Shown here one piece after another: positions 42,052 to 49,195 of a stretch of DNA of 64,000 nucleotides (position 1 is its first letter; each line of letters begins with the position of its first letter). Location of the stretch: contig CAVSCK010000004.1 of the NCBI GenBank assembly GCA_963726455.1, positions 1,600,001 through 1,664,000 on the forward strand, written 5' to 3'. The notes under the pieces were generated by a model. It did no database searches and was not told the origin of the DNA. It worked only from the letters and a program-made list of their open reading frames with translations. The DNA is from an uncultured bacterium (GTDB taxonomy: Bacteria > Zixibacteria > MSB-5A5 > CAIYYT01). A program made the position numbers and the translations under genes.

Positions 42052-42462
42052 CTATTGCGTCACCTCAAAGCGATTGTTTTCTGATTCCCAGAGTACAACC
42101 CTGGTCAGCACATTTTTGCCAAACCGGTCACTGAGAATATCCCAGATGCGCTGTGCCAGATTCTCGGTGGTCGGGATTGTCCCGCGCATAAAGTCGACGT
42201 CAAGATTGAGATTCTTATGGTCGACGTGCGCAACCACGGCGTCATCTATTATGGCTTTGAGGTCTTTCAGGTTGAGGATCATGCCGGTCTGGGGATCGAC
42301 AGGGCCGGTGACGCTGACTTCAAGGACGTAGTTGTGGCCGTGGCCGTTGGGATTGGAGCACTCTCCAAATACCTTGAGGTTTTGGGCGTCATCAAAAGCC
42401 GGATTGAAAAGCCGGTGGCCGGCGCAGAAAGTAACGCGTTTCGTGATCGTAATTTTCATCAT
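42052..42462 (-). CDS. 6-pyruvoyl-tetrahydropterin synthase, animal-like PTPS-II type (QueD/PTPS family)
   Basis: HRL, FGECSNPNGHGHNY (CX5HGH), DPQTGMILNL, DHKNLN.DV, TTENLA. Confidence 0.88.
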   Translation of the reverse strand: MMKITITKRVTFCAGHRLFNPAFDDAQNLKVFGECSNPNGHGHNYVLEVSVTGPVDPQTGMILNLKDLKAIIDDAVVAHVDHKNLNLDVDFMRGTIPTTENLAQRIWDILSDRFGKNVLTRVVLWESENNRFEVTQ

Positions 42463-43355
42463 CTCCTGCCAATAATTGCTTCAGTGCCCTCTTCAGTTCG
42501 CGGCATCCGTTTGAGGAAGTAGCTCTCGCGGTAGTATAACACCCAAATCAGATAAATGTTCATCACCGTCGCCACGAAAACGAGCGCGTATTGCGGCCTG
42601 CCGAGGAGAGCAAACAGGATGAAGATGAAGATGTGAGTGCCGAAACAAAGGGGCGATTGCAGTGTCATAAGTAATTTCGTTCCAAACCAGAGATTTTTCG
42701 GGCAAGTAACGCAGGGTTTCTGGAGCCAGTTGTCCGTAGCCGCCACGAATCTGTCCTGCCAACTGTAAACAATAATATAAGCGAAACGGAGAATTTTCAA
42801 AACGAGTCTTGCAGGGGCAGAATGGGACTGTGAAGTCAGGTCTCCCCTACCGGCCTCGTCACGCCTGGAGCTCAAGGAGTTAATTTGATACTGTTCAACG
42901 TATGCGATTTGATAGAAGTTAAAGAACGAACACTGGATAAACACGGACAGCACGGCTGCGACACCCCAGAAGACGTAAGATGGCTGCGTCCCAACGAGAT
43001 ACGCCCGCGCGGAAATGGCTGCGATAACGCTGGTCAGCACTAGAAAGTCACCTAGTGAGTCGAGATAACGTCCGATCAAGTGCCCTTTGCCGGTCAGGCG
43101 GGCCAGGGCGCCGTCACAAGCATCGAATACGTCTTTGAGATGCAAGAGTATGGCCGCCAGGATCAGCTTTCCCTGGTAGAAGGAGACAGCCGACGCCAAG
43201 CCCAGACCGATGGCGGCGAGAGTAACGATTTCGTGTGGAACGCGCAGTCGGAACAGAACACGCAGCACAATCCGGTAATAGAAGATCCACAGAACGGAGA
43301 TATTCAGGTAACGATGTTCGGGGGTGAGTTTTTCGGATTTTTCCAGATCAATCAT
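42459..43355 (-). CDS. CDP-alcohol phosphatidyltransferase family membrane protein
   Basis: DVFDACDGALAR...GRYLDSLGD matches DxxDGxxAR...GxxxDxxxD; multiple TM helices. Confidence 0.9.
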   Translation of the reverse strand: MIDLEKSEKLTPEHRYLNISVLWIFYYRIVLRVLFRLRVPHEIVTLAAIGLGLASAVSFYQGKLILAAILLHLKDVFDACDGALARLTGKGHLIGRYLDSLGDFLVLTSVIAAISARAYLVGTQPSYVFWGVAAVLSVFIQCSFFNFYQIAYVEQYQINSLSSRRDEAGRGDLTSQSHSAPARLVLKILRFAYIIVYSWQDRFVAATDNWLQKPCVTCPKNLWFGTKLLMTLQSPLCFGTHIFIFILFALLGRPQYALVFVATVMNIYLIWVLYYRESYFLKRMPRTEEGTEAIIGRR

Positions 43356-44104
43356 CAGACTGCCACCGCCTGGTTCTGCCGTCGAGAATCAGATTCTTGC
43401 CGGTGAGCGGCGCGGATTCGTCGGTAGCAAGATAAAGGATTTCCTGCGCAACTTGTTCGGGAGTCAAACCGGGTTTGAGGCCGGGAGGTGATGCCTCGCG
43501 GAACATCTGCGTATCGACGCCACTGAGCGAAATCTGGTTGACGCGGATATTGTGTTTCCAACTCTCGAGTGCCAGAATTTCGGTTAGTCCCCAGAGCCCG
43601 TATTTGCTGATGTTGTAAGCGCCGAAAGCCCGGAAACTTGGCGGTACCGAAGCAGCCGGACAGCGATGAGACATTAACGATGGCGCCACCGTCCCGCTTG
43701 GACATGGATAAGACGGTCTTCTGGGAAAGGTAATACGGCGCAATCAGGTTGACCTCAAGTACACGGTGAAAATCGGTGAGTGAGAATTCGGACACCAGGC
43801 CGAACGCGAAGGTGGCGGCGTTGTTGACGAGAACATCAACCGTTTCGCAGCGTTCTCCAATCTGGGCGCAGCAATGATCGATCTGCTTGCGGTCGGCAAG
43901 GTCGAGGGCAAGTGACATGACGGTAACATGCCTGCCGTTATCCTTGCAGAGAGAAGCGGTTTCGACTAGTTGTTTGGCGGTGCGCGCCATCAGGACGAGA
44001 TCGTAGCCCTCGCGGGCAAAGAGCATGGCCGTAGCCCGGCCAATTCCGCGACCGGCACCGGTAATTAACGCAGTTTTGCCGACTGATTTATTCACATCTA
44101 ACAT
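43348..44104 (-). CDS. Short-chain dehydrogenase/reductase; frameshift near 43635
   Basis: ITGAGRGIG, LVNNA, NVSS in one frame; AYNISK, IRVN, V..EI.YLA..ES...TG..L..DG in the next. Confidence 0.85.
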
Positions 44105-44157
44105 ACGTATATCTTGAGCCCAAAAATAGGGCAAGGTATTTCAAAAATCAATGAACG

Positions 44158-44186
44158 TTGACGTGGCAGTCCCCGCTCTATATTAG
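44158..44186 (+). promoter_or_regulatory. sigma70-like promoter of cbs-cgl
   Basis: TTGACG-17 nt-TATTAG. Confidence 0.45.
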
Positions 44187-44342
44187 TTCGACCCTCAATT
44201 TTGGGCAAGGAATTTCGCGATGGAGAAAGTATATTCGCCAGGTTGCCGGGTGCGATCGAGTTCTTGTTTCCCGGGTTAAGCGGCGGACAAACTCTCTCGA
44301 TCAATTCAGGGCAAGGAATGTAAGGCAATTTCGAGGTTGAGA

Positions 44343-45720
44343 ATGACTAAAGTAAACAATGTTCTGGAAGCAATAGGTAACACTCCGACTGGTGCGCCTC
44401 AAGCGAATGGTGCCCCAGGGCTGCGCGGAAGTCTATGCCAAGCTGGAGTTTCTGAATCCGGGGGGATCGATCAAGGACCGCATGGCGATGTATATTATCG
44501 AGGATGCGGAAAAACGCGGAGAGCTCAAGCCGGGCGGGACAATTGTGGAGAACACATCCGGAAACACCGGCGTCGGAGTGGCGATTGTGGCCTCGGTCAA
44601 GGGCTACAAGACCGTGTTCACGATCCCGGACAAGATGTCGTCGGAGAAGATCAACCTGCTTAAGGCCTACGGCGCCAAAGTGATTGTTACCAAGACCAAT
44701 GTTCCAGCCGACAGTCCGGAATCGTATTACGAGACAGCCAAGCGCATTCATCGCGAGACGCCGGGATCGTTCTACTTGAATCAGTATCATAATCCGAAGA
44801 ACATCGAGGCACACTACAGGACAACCGGACCGGAAATCTGGGAGGATATGGAAGGCCGGATCGATTACTTCGTGGCGGGCATCGGTACCGGCGGCACGCT
44901 GTCCGGAGCCGGGAGATTCCTGAAGGAGAAAGATCCCAAGATACAGATCGTGGCGGTCGATCCGTACGGATCGGTGTTCTATGACTTCTTCAAGACCGGC
45001 AAGCCGGGAATCCCGGAAGTCTACAAGGTGGAAGGCATCGGCGAGGATATGATCACGCAGGCGATGGACTTCTCGATCGTCGACGACATGATTCAGGTCG
45101 GTGACAAGGATTGCTTTCTCACGCTCGCGACCTGACTACCAAAGAAGGGCTATTTGCAGGTGGTTCGTCCGGAGCGGCAGTCTGGGGAGCGCTTCAGGTT
45201 GCCAAGAAAGCCGGCGTGGGAAAACGAATCGTCGGTCGTACTACCCGACAGCGGAACAAGATATCTGTCCAAGATCTATTCTGACGAGTGGATGCGTGAC
45301 TGGGGATTTCTGGATGATCGCCCAGATCTTGGCAGCGTTCAGAAGATGCTCGATCGCAGAGGCACAGTGCAGATCTTTTCGGCGGCGCCGGAGGATTCGT
45401 TGCATGCCGTGATCGAGAAGATGAAACAGCATGATATTTCGCAGTTGCCGGTGTTGGAGAATGGTGAGTTGATCGGTCTGATCCGGGAATCGGACTTGTT
45501 GGGCATGCTGGTGTCGGGCAAACATACGCCATCCAGCCCGATCAAGAGCGCCATCGTAAAAGAATATTACACGATAACGCCGCAAGCGCCGGTCAGCCGG
45601 CTGGCGGAAATGTTCTTCAAGAACAGTTGCGACGTCGTTTTTGCCGTTGATAACCAGAAACTGGTCGGTATTCTGACGAAGATTGACCTGATCGATTACC
45701 TAGCAGGAGCACAGAGTTGA
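44343..45720 (+). CDS. cbs: Cystathionine beta-synthase with C-terminal CBS pair; frameshifts near 44388, 45130 and 45235
   Basis: IGNTP, KLEFLNPGGSIKDR, ENTSGNTG, GIGTGGT, YKVEGIGED, PDSG.RYLSKIYSDEWM, ISQLPV, GILTKIDL. Confidence 0.88.
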
Positions 45721-46883
45721 AGAAATACAATCCCGCCGATCACAAATTCGAGACCAACGCCATCCATGCCGGCCAGGATCCCGATCCCACCACCGGGGCT
45801 ATCACCTTTCCGATTTATCAGACATCCACTTATGTGCAGGAAGCGGTCGGCAAGCACAAGGGTTACGAGTATTCGCGAACGACCAATCCGACCCGAAGCG
45901 CTCTGGAGGCCTGCCTGGCGTCACTGGAGGGCGCCAAGTACGGGCTCTGTTTTGCGTCGGGAATGGCCGCGATGACAAATGTGCTGTCATTAGTGAAGGC
46001 GGGCGATCATGTCATTGCTTCGGATGACCTGTATGGCGGTACGCCACGGCTGTTTAACCAGGTCTATGCCGATTACGGGATCGAGTTCACGTATGTGGAC
46101 TCATCCTATACCGAGCGCATTGAAGCTGCGATCAAGCCCAACACCAAGCTGGTCTGGATTGAAACGCCGACGAATCCGCTGCTGAAGATCACCGAGATCA
46201 GAGCCATATCCTCCCTGACGCGGCGCCGCAACCTGATTCTGGTCGTTGACAACACATTTGCGACCCCCTACCTGCAGAGACCGCTTGATCTGGGGGCCGA
46301 TATCGTCGTGCACTCGGTGACCAAATATATTGCCGGACACGCGGACACAGTGGGCGGGACCGTCATTACATCCAATGACAAATACTACGAGCGACTGAAA
46401 TTCCACCAGAACGCCGCCGGCGCGGTAATGGGGCCTTTTGATGCGTTCCTGACGATGCGCGGAGTCAAGACATTGGCAGTCCGGCTGGAAAGGCAGTGCG
46501 ACAATGCGATGAATCTGGCGGACTATCTGGAGCAGCATCCCAAAGTCGCACGGGTAATCTTTCCGGGTCTGGATTCATTTCCACAGAAGAAGATCGCCGA
46601 ACGGCAGATGCGGCGGTTCGGCGCAATGATCACGTTTGAGATCAAGGGCGGCCAGACGGCGGCGCTCAAGTTTCTGGAAATGCTGCCGCTGTTTTCGCTG
46701 GCGGAATCGCTGGGCGGAGTTGAGTCGCTGATCGAGCATCCAGCCATGATGACGCATGCGTCGCTGCCCAAAGAACGTCGGGAAGCGGTCGGAATTACCG
46801 ATGGGTTGATTCGCATTTCGGTGGGAATCGAGGCCTACGAGGATTTGAAGCAGGCGCTCGATGTCGGATTCGCAGCGATTTAA
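45717..46883 (+). CDS. Cystathionine gamma-lyase/synthase family protein
   Basis: PIYQTSTY, YEYSRTTNPTR, DDLYGGT, ETPTNP, DNTFATP, HSVTKYIAGH, LAESLGGVESL; coupled to cbs. Confidence 0.92.
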   Translation: MKKYNPADHKFETNAIHAGQDPDPTTGAITFPIYQTSTYVQEAVGKHKGYEYSRTTNPTRSALEACLASLEGAKYGLCFASGMAAMTNVLSLVKAGDHVIASDDLYGGTPRLFNQVYADYGIEFTYVDSSYTERIEAAIKPNTKLVWIETPTNPLLKITEIRAISSLTRRRNLILVVDNTFATPYLQRPLDLGADIVVHSVTKYIAGHADTVGGTVITSNDKYYERLKFHQNAAGAVMGPFDAFLTMRGVKTLAVRLERQCDNAMNLADYLEQHPKVARVIFPGLDSFPQKKIAERQMRRFGAMITFEIKGGQTAALKFLEMLPLFSLAESLGGVESLIEHPAMMTHASLPKERREAVGITDGLIRISVGIEAYEDLKQALDVGFAAI

Positions 46884-46940
46884 CGTAGCCCGGCCAACTC
46901 TGGGCTCGCCGGAGCGTGGCCGAGCGTGAGGGTGGGACGA

Positions 46941-47037
46941 CGAAGCAATCTCCCTAGTTGATAGTGAAGCACACGAATCGAGATTGCTTCGTCGTTTCCT
47001 TCACCTCCCCTGCTACACATCACTCCTCGCAATGACT
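46941..47037. repeat. Palindromic extragenic element (CGAAGCAATCTC / GAGATTGCTTCG ... CTCGCAATGAC type)
   Basis: 12-bp perfect inverted repeat at 46941-46952 and 46980-46991, followed by CTCCTCGCAATGAC. Confidence 0.55.
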
Positions 47038-47120
47038 TGAATCGTGGCTCACAGCAAACCAATCGAATGCTCCATTTCAGGCGCTTCGAGATCGAGGTCA
47101 AAAAAAGTTTAAAAAACTTG

Positions 47121-47149
47121 TTGACGTGGATTAAGCGACTCTTTAATAT
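47121..47149 (+). promoter_or_regulatory. sigma70-like promoter of the AsnRS-like gene leader
   Basis: TTGACG-17 nt-TAATAT preceded by A-tracts (UP-element-like). Confidence 0.6.
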
Positions 47150-47244
47150 CTGGCTTTAAGACAGCTAAATAATCCAGGGGGCTATCTGGAAAATCCGGCG
47201 CGAGTCTTGAGCGCGCCCAAGGGAAAAGTACGACGAAGGATACG

Positions 47245-47334
47245 ATGACGAAACACGCAAGCACCAGCAGGAATCTGAGCGTTGCCCGAATTGTGGCACA
47301 GTTGAAGGGAGCAGTTAATGCCTGCATTAGGTGA
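47245..47334 (+). CDS. Possible leader/small peptide MTKHASTSRNLSVARIVAQLKGAVNACIR (29 aa)
   Basis: SD-like GAAGGA at 47235-47240, ATG 47245, TGA 47332-47334, between promoter and terminator. Confidence 0.35.
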   Translation: MTKHASTSRNLSVARIVAQLKGAVNACIR

Positions 47335-47366
47335 TTTCCTCGTCGGAAGAAAAGCGACAAATGACC

Positions 47367-47398
47367 GCCACCCAAATTATTTGGGTGGCATTTTTTTT
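47367..47398 (+). terminator. Intrinsic terminator/attenuator directly upstream of the AsnRS-like gene
   Basis: GCCACCCAAA-ttA-TTTGGGTGGC followed by A and T8; ends about 20 nt before the ATG at 47420. Confidence 0.8.
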
Positions 47399-47419
47399 GA
47401 TTTTTTCAGGAGGTAAACG

Positions 47420-48424
47420 ATGAGACATCTAGAGGTCCTACATGGCGACCACGCTCAAACCACAATGCTGCGTTCCAAAATGCTGAAGGCCGCCCGTGAC
47501 TGGTTTGAGCAGAATGGGTTCCTGGAAATCTGTGTTCCCCACATTACGGGCGCGACCGGCTCGTGCGAGTGGTTTCCCAATGCGATGCCGGTAACCATGT
47601 ACAATGAACGCGGCGAGGAAGCGAACATGTTCCTGCGGCAGACGGGACAGCTCTACCTTGAAGCGTTCACCCAAGTGCACAACCGCGTGTTTACGATCGG
47701 ACCGTCGTTTCGTCAGGAACGCAAGGTCACGAATCGGCATCTGTGCGAGTTCACGTTGATCGAGTTCGAGGGGCGCGATTTTGAACTGACTGGCCTGATG
47801 GACCTGATCGAGTCGCTGGTCAAGTCCATGTACGGCGTGGCGCTGCAACTGTATCCCGGCCAGGTAGTGTCGAAGTACCTTGAGTCAAGATTTAATCGCG
47901 TGACCTATGCCGAGGCAGTGGGCACGCTGCGCGCCAATGGGCACCTGATTGAATTTGGCGATGACCTGGGCAGCAAAGAGGAACTGGCGTTGTGCGAAAT
48001 TCTCAAAGGATTGCCGACGTTTGTGACGCACTATCCGGCTGATCCGAAGCCAAAGGAAGGCGGGGTGATCAAATTCTTCTCGATGAGACGTGACGGCGAC
48101 AAGACGATTTGTTGCGATCTGCTCCTGCCGCAAGTCGGCGAATCGGTCGGCGGGGCCGTGCGCGAGGGTTCGGCGGATAAGTGCAAACAGCAGTTCGTGG
48201 AATCATACATGTACGATCATCTGGTGGAGCGCGGCGTCGATCCGAAGCAATTCGACTGGTATTTTGATGTGCTGGCGAACGGGCACGGGCAGTCCGCCGG
48301 GTGCGGCATCGGATTCGAGAGAGTGGTGCAGTCGGTGTTGGCGCTGTATCAGAGCATGGTGAGTATCAAGACCGCCGTCGAACTGCCGAGATCGCCGGAA
48401 TATTTGGTGCCTAGTAGCGACTGA
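47420..48424 (+). CDS. Stand-alone class IIb aminoacyl-tRNA synthetase catalytic domain (AsnRS-like, no anticodon-binding domain)
   Basis: Motif 1 GFLEICVP, LRQTGQLYLE, motif 2 FRQE...RHLCEF, GESVGGAVRE, motif 3 GCGIGFERV; only 334 aa; SD AGGAGG. Confidence 0.85.
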   Translation: MRHLEVLHGDHAQTTMLRSKMLKAARDWFEQNGFLEICVPHITGATGSCEWFPNAMPVTMYNERGEEANMFLRQTGQLYLEAFTQVHNRVFTIGPSFRQERKVTNRHLCEFTLIEFEGRDFELTGLMDLIESLVKSMYGVALQLYPGQVVSKYLESRFNRVTYAEAVGTLRANGHLIEFGDDLGSKEELALCEILKGLPTFVTHYPADPKPKEGGVIKFFSMRRDGDKTICCDLLLPQVGESVGGAVREGSADKCKQQFVESYMYDHLVERGVDPKQFDWYFDVLANGHGQSAGCGIGFERVVQSVLALYQSMVSIKTAVELPRSPEYLVPSSD

Positions 48425-48581
48425 CGATGCTACTGCGACGATATCCGATGAGGTCATTCGCGCAGTCAGACGGAATCGTCAGAATCTTCGCGGGCAGTCG
48501 TCTGGACTGCCCGCTACGTATTGCTTTTGGAGTTTAATCAGTATAAGATTGGAATACTGGAATGTCACAGGAGGAGCAGCT

Positions 48582-48980
48582 ATGTACAACACCAGCTACA
48601 CGTTCGGCATAGAGACCAAGATGACGATGCCGGAAGCGCGGCAGAAGATCGAGGAGTTGCTGAAAGAAGAGGGCTTTGGAATCCTCACCGAGATCGACGT
48701 CAAAGCAACCCTCAAGAAGAAGATCGACGTTGATTTTCGGCCTTATCTGATTCTTGGCGCCTGCAATCCCAAGATCGCACATCAGGCGCTGCAGACAGAA
48801 TTGGAAATCGGATCACTACTTCCCTGCAACGTGATTGTCTACGAGAATGATAAGGGCGGAACGAACGTCGCTTTCATGGACCCCTTGACGGCTCTGCAGG
48901 TGGCGGGCAACAAGCAGCTTACCGAACACGCAAAGTTGGTCAAGGACAAATTGATGAGCGTGGCGAAGAAGCTGGAATAG
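48582..48980 (+). CDS. DUF302 domain protein
   Basis: LKEEGFGILTEIDV, YLILGACNP, LLPCNVIVYE; SD GGAGGAG. Confidence 0.9.
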   Translation: MYNTSYTFGIETKMTMPEARQKIEELLKEEGFGILTEIDVKATLKKKIDVDFRPYLILGACNPKIAHQALQTELEIGSLLPCNVIVYENDKGGTNVAFMDPLTALQVAGNKQLTEHAKLVKDKLMSVAKKLE

Positions 48981-49007
48981 ACTCTGCCTTACGCATTCAT
49001 TTAATGG

Positions 49008-49030
49008 GTCGCGACTAAAGTCGCTCCTAC
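49008..49030 (-). repeat. Solitary GTAG REP copy
   Basis: Reverse complement GTAGGAGCGACTTTAGTCGCGAC, one mismatch from the copy at 5995-6017. Confidence 0.8.
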
Positions 49031-49195
49031 GGTGTTGCCGCAGTCGTGCGGAAATACTGTTCTAGTTCCTGTGCCGATAACAGTTTGCTTGCGATTTACC
49101 CAGCAGCATTTTACTTTCCGCGGCAGTTGCACTGGATCTTTTGTCGCTCCTCGTGAGCACAGTCAATAATAATGTAATTAAGGATGTAGGTTAAG

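Noticed and set aside
42052-42462. Queuosine/7-deazaguanine (queD, dpd) DNA-modification cluster
   Set aside because: Motif is CX5HGH (PTPS-II) and no queC, queE, queF, tgt or dpdA is adjacent; a role in trans cannot be excluded
44187-44342. SAM riboswitch before cbs-cgl
   Set aside because: No ATC.AGAG...GAGGGA...GCAACC...GTGC S-box core
44343-45720. Programmed frameshifting or pseudogenisation of cbs, panC and the glmU-like gene
   Set aside because: No slippery heptamers or accumulated decay; the pattern fits sequencing indels
47150-47419. Canonical T-box or c-di-AMP riboswitch
   Set aside because: The UGGNACC antiterminator followed by a separate terminator is absent and the ydaO consensus is not met; kept only as an unclassified candidate leader
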